Source: an uncultured Flavobacteriales bacterium (GTDB lineage Bacteria; Bacteroidota; Bacteroidia; Palsa-965). Taken from it: a stretch of DNA of 64,000 bases. The stretch spans positions 8,058 through 72,057 of the forward strand of contig CAIQQJ010000057.1 of the NCBI GenBank assembly GCA_903873905.1. The letters run 5' to 3'. Under the pieces are notes generated by a model that was not told the origin of the DNA, did not search any database, and saw only the letters and a program-made list of their open reading frames with translations. The translations under genes were made by a program, and so were the position numbers. The stretch's first letter is position 1. Every line of letters begins with the position of its first letter. Below are positions 31,723-40,094 of the stretch, piece by piece.

Positions 31723-32604
31723 TTACTGGAAGAACTCATACTCATACCTGTACTTTGCATATATTTTTCCGTATGGATTATAATCCGCCTTACCTACAAG
31801 TAAGCCATGCTTATTGTATTCATATGTTTGAGAATTCTGAACGGACTCGCCCGCGTAAAATGTTTTTTTGGCTAACAAATTGTAGTTCCCATACACATAT
31901 AAAATTTTGCTAAGAACAGAATTGTTTGCGTTGTGTTGAACCGCTTCAATCAAGTTATTGTTCTTATCATATTTATAAGCCCAGGAATAAAGAAGATCTC
32001 CAGTTGGAGAAAAGGCTTCCTCTTTTATTTTAGTATCATTTTCATACGAATACTTTCTTTTTTCACATAAGCCAGACGGCCAATACCAATCAAGTCCAAT
32101 CATTCTCCCCTCCTTATCATAAGAGGCAATATTGCGGTATTTATAAGTATTCACTGATAGAAAGTGAATTAATTCTATGCGGTTATTGTCACCATCATAA
32201 CTCCTTGTTTCTTTGTAGGCGCTACTATCTGCAATACTTCCTTTTGTAACGATTCGGTTACCGTTCAAGTCATATTCGCATGTAGTGGAACTTTCTGTAC
32301 TTCCATCAGGTGCGTATTTCGTTTCTCTTGACAGACACCCTTTGTTGTCAAAAAAGACAACACTACTGATATATTCTTTCTGATCCATTCCGGAATAAAC
32401 GCTGGTGGTGAACTCTGTCATTTTTTTCACCTTGTTTGACAACATTTTGTCCCGCTCATTTTCATCATCTGTTTTTTGATGATTCGAACAGGATGGGAAA
32501 ACGAAGAGGATTAGTAAGACATTTATAATGAATAATGTGGGGAATGAAAAAATTCTTTTTGCATGATCGGCAGGAGGGTTTTCAAATGCGGAAAGATTGT
32601 TCAT
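31723..32604 (-). CDS. YD-repeat-like lipoprotein
   Basis: FVFPSC lipobox after a hydrophobic stretch; repeated Y(D/E)xxG/N units; start uncertain. Confidence 0.7.
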   Translation of the reverse strand: MNNLSAFENPPADHAKRIFSFPTLFIINVLLILFVFPSCSNHQKTDDENERDKMLSNKVKKMTEFTTSVYSGMDQKEYISSVVFFDNKGCLSRETKYAPDGSTESSTTCEYDLNGNRIVTKGSIADSSAYKETRSYDGDNNRIELIHFLSVNTYKYRNIASYDKEGRMIGLDWYWPSGLCEKRKYSYENDTKIKEEAFSPTGDLLYSWAYKYDKNNNLIEAVQHNANNSVLSKILYVYGNYNLLAKKTFYAGESVQNSQTYEYNKHGLLVGKADYNPYGKIYAKYRYEYEFFQ

Positions 32605-32629
32605 TTTATATTTCAATTTGTTTGAAAAA

Positions 32630-33334
32630 TTATTTTTGTTTTTCCGTGCCAAATCCAGTTGGAACCTTGAGGTCTTTTATGGTTGACATAAAAGTTCGCT
32701 TATCCACCCATTGAAATTCGCCATGCACGTTGAACACGTTTGTGTCGACAGGAGTGAATTCAACTTTTTCTGCTTGTAGCTGCATAGACATCCCATATTT
32801 GGTATGTGGATATTCCATAATCAGATAATGAAAATCTTTATAGGGACTTGCACCATAATTCATTCTCACTTTATCATAAAAATAGATATCAAATGTTTTA
32901 TTGTGGGTAATGTCATTTACAATTGCTTTTCGGCACTCTACACCTGCAATTGTTTTTTTTACATCAGTGGTTTCTATTTTATACAAAGGATCGTTTTCTT
33001 GGTCTTTTACATCTTCTGGAGTATCATGGAAAGCCATATTCTGTCCCATATCGTTAATCAGAAGTGAGGAATATTTTTTCAACTTATTGTCCAAAAGATT
33101 TACCACAACCAAAAGTCCCATGCCTCCGCTGGTTACAAAACAAACTTTGTCATCCTTAAACGCCAATTGCGTTTCTGTAGGAAGAAATGGAATGTTGTTA
33201 TAGGGGTTGTCGGCAGGGTAAGAAATTTTATAAACTACTTTGCCTTCAAAAATAGTAGGTACTGTTTCTTTTGTTGGACTGCAAGCGGAAATCACAGTGA
33301 CAAGAAGAATGAAAATAAATAATCTTGATTTCAT
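32630..33334 (-). CDS. Lipoprotein, DUF4412/GLPGLI-like
   Basis: VISAC lipobox; FEGKVVY and T-x-x-x-KTIAG-x-x-C-x-KA patterns. Confidence 0.7.
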   Translation of the reverse strand: MKSRLFIFILLVTVISACSPTKETVPTIFEGKVVYKISYPADNPYNNIPFLPTETQLAFKDDKVCFVTSGGMGLLVVVNLLDNKLKKYSSLLINDMGQNMAFHDTPEDVKDQENDPLYKIETTDVKKTIAGVECRKAIVNDITHNKTFDIYFYDKVRMNYGASPYKDFHYLIMEYPHTKYGMSMQLQAEKVEFTPVDTNVFNVHGEFQWVDKRTFMSTIKDLKVPTGFGTEKQK

Positions 33335-33440
33335 GTTGTAAAGTTACAGAATAGTTTCTGCTATGAAAAAATGGATTTGGCCTTTTTGCTTTTGAATAAT
33401 AAGATCATCCACTATTATTTCATAATCTACTTGGCTCATT

Positions 33441-33481
33441 AAAAAAACAATACTCACCGAATGGGTGAGTATTGTTTTTTT
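33441..33481. terminator. Perfect-stem intrinsic terminator
   Basis: AAAAAAACAATACTCACC-GAATG-GGTGAGTATTGTTTTTTT. Confidence 0.85.
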
Positions 33482-33514
33482 AATTCTTAGCATTTGAAAG
33501 CTAGAAAATAAGTG

Positions 33515-34780
33515 TTAGAAGTTTTGATTTGCTGCGCCCTTCAATTGAACGTGAGGAGTAACGTGGACAGTGTTTCCGATACTTGTTGTTTTCACGTAGT
33601 AGTCTGAACGGTTGAAATCAAATTGACCTTCGAAAACAGCATACTTATTATAGGAAGTGTGTGCAAGATTCCATGCAGTATTTACTCCTTGGAATTCAAA
33701 GTACATGTCAATCTGTTTGCTGATTTTTCTGCTGTATGGTCCTTGATAACCTGGTCCAACTCCGTTCCATGCATTGGCAGAGTCAATCGCACAAACAGTT
33801 ACACGAGGAGCTTCAATTTCATCGGCAGCACTTTTATAAAATGCTTTTAATGTTCCGTGTGCAACATATCCATTGCCGTATTTTTCTACGTGGCCTGTAT
33901 TGTCCCAACAATTAACATAATACCATGCTGTGTCAGTAATAGGAACGGCTCTGCAAGTTGCGCGTGTGCGTCCAGATGTGTCAACCTGTAATGTTTTTGG
34001 AACACAACCGCCGTATAGGGTATCTCTTTGTGCTTCAAATGTATTAATGTGTGAAAGTAAAACGTATCCTCTGATGGTATCATTAATTGGGTGAGCTTCA
34101 TCAAAATAGAAATTCAGAAGTCCCCATCCGTAATTTGGAAAGTTATTTCCAAATGTTGAAAATCCACCTGCTAATGTTGTTCCATTTATTCCTCCATTAC
34201 CTGCACCTGAATATTCTGCTGACCATTCAATTTTGCTGTGAATCTCAAAAGGAACATATGCTTTTGTTCCCATGCTACCAATTGTATCTGCTTTGATGAT
34301 TGTCAGAATTCTTGTTCCTGTTGGAGCTTGTGTTGCAAGCACAACGTTCTTAGTGACATTTGAATTAGCCAAAGCAACTACATAACCCAAGTCGGTTGGG
34401 TCTGTATGAAAATCAATACCATCAATTATTCTGAAATTTTGGTTTGCAGTATTGTACTTCGCGTATACATAATAGGTATTAGGAAGCAAATAAGGCAATT
34501 GGTAATTACCAAGACTATCGGCAATTGCTGTTGCAACTGGATTACCACTTACAGAAGTTCCAAGATAAAGTGAGATCAATGCACCTTTTGCTGTCACAAA
34601 GTTATTTGTGAAATCAGGGTAGGTACAATGTCCTGATATTGTTTTTCCGGAAATAGTGTCGTGAACTGTTACCACCACAATTTGTGTGTCCTTTTTGCAT
34701 TGTGGAAATAATAACACCAACATAAATGCTAAAATAGCAGTTGGCACTAAGAAGCGGATGGTTTTCGCGGTTGTTTTCAT
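33515..34780 (-). CDS. Lipoprotein with N-terminal prealbumin-like domain and divergent YceI-like domain
   Basis: LFPQC lipobox; HSKIEW...LAGGF...FDEAHP...INTFEAQRD and FEGQFDFNRSDY...IGNTVHV resemble YceI motifs. Confidence 0.65.
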   Translation of the reverse strand: MKTTAKTIRFLVPTAILAFMLVLLFPQCKKDTQIVVVTVHDTISGKTISGHCTYPDFTNNFVTAKGALISLYLGTSVSGNPVATAIADSLGNYQLPYLLPNTYYVYAKYNTANQNFRIIDGIDFHTDPTDLGYVVALANSNVTKNVVLATQAPTGTRILTIIKADTIGSMGTKAYVPFEIHSKIEWSAEYSGAGNGGINGTTLAGGFSTFGNNFPNYGWGLLNFYFDEAHPINDTIRGYVLLSHINTFEAQRDTLYGGCVPKTLQVDTSGRTRATCRAVPITDTAWYYVNCWDNTGHVEKYGNGYVAHGTLKAFYKSAADEIEAPRVTVCAIDSANAWNGVGPGYQGPYSRKISKQIDMYFEFQGVNTAWNLAHTSYNKYAVFEGQFDFNRSDYYVKTTSIGNTVHVTPHVQLKGAANQNF

Positions 34781-34963
34781 GGTTTTAAATTTAATTTTTA
34801 ATTTTTTGTGTTACAGGAGCTAGTTGTTTGGTGGTTGTCAATAATGTTTATAGATTTTCTTAATGAAGACTAATGGACAGTATTAACTTTTATGCTTTTT
34901 AGGTTCAATTGATTTGAGAAACAAATTTTCTACTGCACAAAATTGTAGATATCCCCTTATTTG

Positions 34964-35028
34964 GAGAATGATATTCAAAAGGTTTCATAAAGGCAGTTGG
35001 CTAAAAAAAAAACGGCAGATGTCTGTTT
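34964..35028 (-). promoter_or_regulatory. Shared upstream motif, copy C
   Basis: GAGAATGATATTCAAAAGGTTTCATAAAGGCAGTTGGCT-poly(A)-CGGCAGATGTCTGTTT. Confidence 0.7.
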
Positions 35029-35063
35029 CAAGAAAAGCGAAACGAGAAGTGTTGCGTGATTTC

Positions 35064-35783
35064 CTATGAATTGATGGCGATAAACGGTGCAACAACGTGC
35101 TGCAACTTTTCCAAGTTCAATAAATTAATATTTTGTCCGGATGCAGTAATGAGTTTCTCCTCCTCAAATTCTGATAATTGTTTTACCAAGCGGTCAACAG
35201 AAATCCCAGCAATTGAGGCCAGGTCTTTTCGGGAGATCTTTATATTAAGTGTGCTGTTGTTTTTTTCAAGTCCAAATTCATTGATCATCATTAAAAGGCA
35301 ATCGGCTGTTTTCTCACGTACATTCATTTCAGCCATATTTCGAAGTCGCCTTTCGGTTTCATTCAGCTGAATGATGTAAGTCCAAAGAATCTTCAAATGC
35401 AATTGGTGATTTTCTTGAAGCAACTGGATAAAAACACTACTGGGGATAAAATGTAGGAGTGAATCCTCTAATGCAGTTGCACAAAGAACATAGTTTGAAT
35501 TTTGAATCGCTCCTCTAAATCCAATAATACCACCTTCCTTTGAAATGGAAACGATAGGATTGTTTGAATGTATGCCATCTTTCCAAAGTTTCACTTTCCC
35601 TTTTTCAATCAAATAAACGAAATGAGCGGGTTGAAAATCAAAAAAGATGGCTTCATCCTTTTTAAAGAAATGGTGTTTTGAGTTTTGTTGAAGAATTTGC
35701 TTCTGTTTTGTTGTACAGAACTCCTCCAATAAGGGTATTTTATTTATGACATCTGTGCTAATAATACCTGGCGGGGTTTTCAT
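35064..35783 (-). CDS. Crp/Fnr family transcriptional regulator (copy 1)
   Basis: cNMP-binding-like domain (VYLIEKGKVKL, ATALEDS) and HTH ISRKDLASIAGISVDRLVKQLSEF. Confidence 0.92.
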   Translation of the reverse strand: MKTPPGIISTDVINKIPLLEEFCTTKQKQILQQNSKHHFFKKDEAIFFDFQPAHFVYLIEKGKVKLWKDGIHSNNPIVSISKEGGIIGFRGAIQNSNYVLCATALEDSLLHFIPSSVFIQLLQENHQLHLKILWTYIIQLNETERRLRNMAEMNVREKTADCLLMMINEFGLEKNNSTLNIKISRKDLASIAGISVDRLVKQLSEFEEEKLITASGQNINLLNLEKLQHVVAPFIAINS

Positions 35784-35897
35784 ATTAGAAAGAAATATTT
35801 ATTGAGGTTAATTTGTCCTTAAAAATAACCTAAAAAAAGTAGAGTAATAATAATTTATATAGGGGATTTGAGTAATTAATTTAAAATCCCCCATAAC

Positions 35898-35914
35898 ACT
35901 GACAATTATCAATT
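35898..35914. promoter_or_regulatory. FNR/Crp-like palindrome (copy 3), upstream of Crp copy 1
   Basis: ACTGACAATTATCAATT, identical to 245-261. Confidence 0.5.
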
Positions 35915-36005
35915 CCGAGCATTTTGTTGTTTATATTTCAGTGGAACTTTCCTGAAAATTTAAATCGGAAAGACAAAGTTTAAGCACTTCATGCGTGTGG
36001 GGAAT

Positions 36006-36180
36006 AATTATTCTTTTGAATAATCGAACGGGTTGTTGTTGTTGAGCAAAAGATTTTTGCTGTGAATGAAATCAAGCGTAGGTAAAATAGTAGTCGGATG
36101 TCAATTGATGTTTTTCATTCGTAAAACTATTGTAAATAAAATGTCCTGATTTTGCACAAGAGTTTCCTATTGTTACCCAC
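36006..36180 (-). pseudogene. Frameshifted remnant of the 5' end and upstream region of a TPR receptor gene
   Basis: Aligns with 39016-39190 (identical 22-mer AATTATTCTTTTGAATAATCGA); fragments read MK/TSIDIRLL.../QQKSFAQQQQPVRLFKRII versus MKTSVSIRLL...EQTAFAQQTINSRLFKRII. Confidence 0.8.
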
Positions 36181-36258
36181 AACAGGGCTTACTTCATCAC
36201 CTACTTCAATACGGATGAAGTACCAACCGAAAAAGACGAATTCCTGGCGAAAGATTTC

Positions 36259-36978
36259 CTAAGAATTATTATCAATATAGGGAGCAATAACTTCCTGTAA
36301 CTTTTCCTTGTTCAGTAAATTAATATTTTGTCCGGATGCATTAATGATTTTCTCCTCTTCAAATTCTGACAATTGTTTTACCAGGCGGTCAACAGAAATT
36401 CCTGCAATGGCAGCCAAATCTTTCCGGGAGATTTTTATATTAAGCGTGCTTTTGTTTTTTTCTAATCCAAATTCATTAATCATCATTAAAAGACAATCGG
36501 CTGTTTTCTCTCTTACATTCATTTCCGACATATTTCGGAGGCGTCTTTCTGTTTTTTCCAATTGCGTGATGTAATACCAAAGAATCTTGAAATGTAATTC
36601 ATGGTTTTCCTTAAGAACCTGAATGAAAATATTTTTTGGAATAAAATAGAGGAGCGAATCTTCCAATGCGGTAGCCGAAAGTAGATAGTTTGATTCTTGA
36701 ATGGCGCCCCTAAATCCGAAAATGTGGCCTTCTTTTGCAAGAGAAACTATGGTGTGGTGCGAATGAATGCCGTCTTTCCAAAGTTTTACTTTTCCTTTTC
36801 CAATCAAATAAACGAAATGCGCAGGTTGGAAATCAAAAAAGATGACTTCATCCTTTTTAAAAAGATGATGTTTTGAACTTTGTTGAAGCAATTTTTTCTG
36901 TTTTGTTGTGCAGAATTCTTCTAACAAAGGAATTTCATTTATGAAATCCTCGCTAATCGTTAATAGGGGAGTTTTCAT
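36259..36978 (-). CDS. Crp/Fnr family transcriptional regulator (copy 2)
   Basis: 239 aa, collinear with copy 1; about 45 differences by manual count (~81% identity). Confidence 0.92.
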   Translation of the reverse strand: MKTPLLTISEDFINEIPLLEEFCTTKQKKLLQQSSKHHLFKKDEVIFFDFQPAHFVYLIGKGKVKLWKDGIHSHHTIVSLAKEGHIFGFRGAIQESNYLLSATALEDSLLYFIPKNIFIQVLKENHELHFKILWYYITQLEKTERRLRNMSEMNVREKTADCLLMMINEFGLEKNKSTLNIKISRKDLAAIAGISVDRLVKQLSEFEEEKIINASGQNINLLNKEKLQEVIAPYIDNNS

Positions 36979-37395
36979 ATTAATGGGAATTATTTATAAA
37001 AATAAGATTGTTCTAAAAATCAGTTAGTCAAAAGTAGATTTATTTTAGTTTATAAAAGGAAATTGAAACAAGAAGAAATTCGAATTCACGTAAAACTGAC
37101 GAGTGTTTGTTTTTTAATATGTTCTTTATCATCAATTCTGTAAGTATTCTATTTTCTTTCATTGTTCTATCCGCAAAAAATTGGATACCTGATTCGCCTT
37201 GGAATTATTATGTTTATTTTATCTACTGACTGTCCTCCCCAAGTGTTAACCCAAAATCGTGGTCACATTTATGAATGTTGGGTTATTTCACAAAAGCCTT
37301 TGACCTGGAATGGCTCCAAGAAAAGTATTCTTTTCTAAGAAATCAATTTAAGTAGAGGCGGCGTATAAACTTGGACTTGTCGCAAATTGGAATTA

Positions 37396-39129
37396 CTATT
37401 TCTTCAAACGATTAATATTTTTCCCAATATAAATATCAGTAGGTAAAAGTGACTGCTGAATTCTTTTCGCATAATGAATGGAGTCTAGAATTTCCTTTTG
37501 TTTTATTTCCACCAACTCTTTCTGATTTTCAACTTCCAATTTTTCTTTTGAAATGAGTTTGTTTGCTTTTCTTTTTGACTGATAAGCAAATCCAAGAATA
37601 AGTAGGATAACGCATATTGCACCTATCCCTCCAACAAGACTATTTCTTATAACTTTATTTTTTTCAGAAGTTTGTTTTTCTCTTTCATTTGACAATTGCT
37701 GTTTCAATCCAAATTCACTTTTCAACTTCATTTCATCATATTCGGACTGAAGGGAAAGCATTTCTGATTTGTTGTTTGCCTTATCAACAGAATCTTTAAG
37801 AGCAGTGCGCCGATCAAGATAAAAATAAGCCAGTTTCCAGTTTCCCATTCCTTCATATCCGTTATTTAAAAGGAAATAAATACGTTCCGTATAGATTATA
37901 TAGTGATCCACTTTCTCGATTTCCAGGGCACGAAGCGCATAAGAAACCACGAGGTCATATTTTTTTTCTTCCAAAGCGATTGTTGCCAGTGACATGTAGG
38001 AATACAATTCACCTTCTCTATTTCCACCTGCCAAACGGAGTTTAAGTGCGATCTCCTGATAATATTTTGCGGAATCTATCATTCCGGCACTCAATAAATA
38101 TTCGCCAAAATTTCCAAATTGCAAAGCAGAAACTTTTTTCCTTTCGAGAAAATCATAATGCATCGCTTTTCTCATGTTTGCAATGGCAGAGTCAAATTTC
38201 CCCTGTATTGAAAATAGATTGGCGCGTGTTGAATAGGAATGAGTGATTCTATAATTTGAATGGATGGCCATTGAGAGTTTCAAATTCATTGCATTCATTT
38301 CTTCCGCCTGCTTGTAATTTTCAATCTCAGCATAAAGCATTGCCAAATTACCAAGTGCCGAAAGCCATCCTGTTGTATCGTGTATTTGCTCTGAAATCTG
38401 AATTGCTTCCAGCAAAGGAGGTTGAGCGATGCGCATTCTCCTGTTGTCATTATTGTATAAACCTTTGAATTGAAGAACACGCTCATAAAGAAAAAGGGAG
38501 CCAGAACGTTTCGAATAAGTCTCGGCAGAATCAATATATGAGAATATTTTTTGTTTTGTTTCCAGTGAGGGATTATCACCATATAAATAATATACACGAC
38601 TCCAACGAAACCAAATCACAGCTTCTGCAATTACTGATTTGCTTTTTCTAGCGGCAGTTATTGCCCGGGTGAATAATTCTTCAATCGTCTTGGCGTCCAA
38701 ATCCTTTTTTATTGAAGTCAACACAATTGTTTTCAATAGGAGGCACCTCGACAATAGGGAGAATTGTTTTTCCTTTTCAGCTGATGCAATTCCGGCATCG
38801 ATGGCAGTCATTGCCCCTGGAAAATCCTTTGCCAGGAAGCATTTCAACATTTTCTGCTGCAACGAAATTATTCCGAAAGAATTAGGATACAATAATTTTG
38901 CAGTCTTCTCCTGCTGGGCAATCAAGGACTGGGCATACGCTGAATCGCCATTGGCGGCATCTTGAAAATTATGCTCTATCAGCCAAAGTTTCCTTTCTAC
39001 ATTACTACAGGAGTCAATTATTCTTTTGAATAATCGACTGTTTATTGTTTGCTGAGCGAAAGCTGTTTGTTCAAGGGCAAAAACCGAGAGCAGACAAAGT
39101 AGCAATCGTATTGAAACGGAAGTTTTCAT
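37396..39129 (-). CDS. TPR - TM - coiled-coil receptor lacking the PP2C domain
   Basis: Signal peptide from MKTSV, TPR array, TM, ends KQKEILDSIHYAKRIQQSLLPTDIYIGKNINRLKK*. Confidence 0.85.
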   Translation of the reverse strand: MKTSVSIRLLLCLLSVFALEQTAFAQQTINSRLFKRIIDSCSNVERKLWLIEHNFQDAANGDSAYAQSLIAQQEKTAKLLYPNSFGIISLQQKMLKCFLAKDFPGAMTAIDAGIASAEKEKQFSLLSRCLLLKTIVLTSIKKDLDAKTIEELFTRAITAARKSKSVIAEAVIWFRWSRVYYLYGDNPSLETKQKIFSYIDSAETYSKRSGSLFLYERVLQFKGLYNNDNRRMRIAQPPLLEAIQISEQIHDTTGWLSALGNLAMLYAEIENYKQAEEMNAMNLKLSMAIHSNYRITHSYSTRANLFSIQGKFDSAIANMRKAMHYDFLERKKVSALQFGNFGEYLLSAGMIDSAKYYQEIALKLRLAGGNREGELYSYMSLATIALEEKKYDLVVSYALRALEIEKVDHYIIYTERIYFLLNNGYEGMGNWKLAYFYLDRRTALKDSVDKANNKSEMLSLQSEYDEMKLKSEFGLKQQLSNEREKQTSEKNKVIRNSLVGGIGAICVILLILGFAYQSKRKANKLISKEKLEVENQKELVEIKQKEILDSIHYAKRIQQSLLPTDIYIGKNINRLKK

Positions 39130-39199
39130 TCGTAATGCTAGTGAAAGTGAAATATCCAATTTTGAACAAAATGTTTTTTATTCTTACCCAAAACTATTA

Positions 39200-39976
39200 T
39201 TATTCAATCACCAATTTCTTCGCAGGTGAATTTCCGATCCGAACAAAATAAATTCCTGATGGCCCCTGGGAAAGATCAATTATTTGATCAGTTGAAATTT
39301 CTTTTTGAAGAATTAATTCTCCCAACATGTTTTCCACTCGAAGCATTTCAGGATTTTGCAATGGAGAAAAAAATTGAATGGAAATGTTTCCATTGGAAGG
39401 ATTTGGGAAAATGTTCCAACCTACATTGGAATTGAATTCGTTCATTCCAGTGACCATTATTGTTTGACATGCTGTATCAAAACATCCATTTGCATCCACC
39501 ACAAACAAACATACCGTTTCATTTCCTGATGAAGAATAAGTGTGCGAAGGAAATTGTTGTTGAGAAGTTCCTGCATCACCGAAATTCCAAAGCCATGATG
39601 CTATGCCCCCAGTGCTGAGATCCAAAAATGAAACGTTATTGTTTCCATTAAGTGTAAATGTAAACGCTGCAACAGGATTTGGAAAAACCGTTACAACACC
39701 ACTTGAGGTTGTGGTTCCACTTGCAAGTGTTTCGATTAGCGTTACGGTATAAGTTGCAGGAATGGTATAACAATGCATTGGACTCTGCAAGTTGGAAGGT
39801 GCGGACGCATCACCAAAATCCCAAAGCCAAGTAAGAACGTTAGGCGTCTGATCTTGGAAGCCTGCACACACTGGACTACATCCGCTGGATGGGGAAATGG
39901 TAAATGTCGGTTGTGAAAATCCTTGAATGGAAAATCCTGCCAAAAAAACCAAGAGGCACGTAATTTGCTTTTTCAT
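39200..39976 (-). CDS. T9SS cargo with two PKD domains
   Basis: WLWDFGD...P-x-H-x-Y and WLWNFGD...PSHTY; IFPNPS...GIYFVRI CTD. Confidence 0.9.
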   Translation of the reverse strand: MKKQITCLLVFLAGFSIQGFSQPTFTISPSSGCSPVCAGFQDQTPNVLTWLWDFGDASAPSNLQSPMHCYTIPATYTVTLIETLASGTTTSSGVVTVFPNPVAAFTFTLNGNNNVSFLDLSTGGIASWLWNFGDAGTSQQQFPSHTYSSSGNETVCLFVVDANGCFDTACQTIMVTGMNEFNSNVGWNIFPNPSNGNISIQFFSPLQNPEMLRVENMLGELILQKEISTDQIIDLSQGPSGIYFVRIGNSPAKKLVIE

Positions 39977-40094
39977 AATTGAAAATAGTTATAAAAATTA
40001 AATTCTTATTGGTTCATGCAAAAGTGAGTATTCTTTCCTGTAAATAAAATGCGATGGTTTAATGTTCTTACGTGTTCAAACGGAGGTTGACACA

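Noticed and set aside
37000..37395. Frameshifted or read-through PP2C domain after the truncated TPR gene
   Set aside because: No KP-x-D-x-VSGDFYW or DCTGHG remnants seen downstream; after the other truncated gene only 118 bp precede the next CDS.
36006..39190. Diversity-generating retroelement (TR/VR pair plus Avd-like gene at 58658)
   Set aside because: Mismatches between the two copies involve all bases and indels rather than adenines only, and no reverse transcriptase is present.
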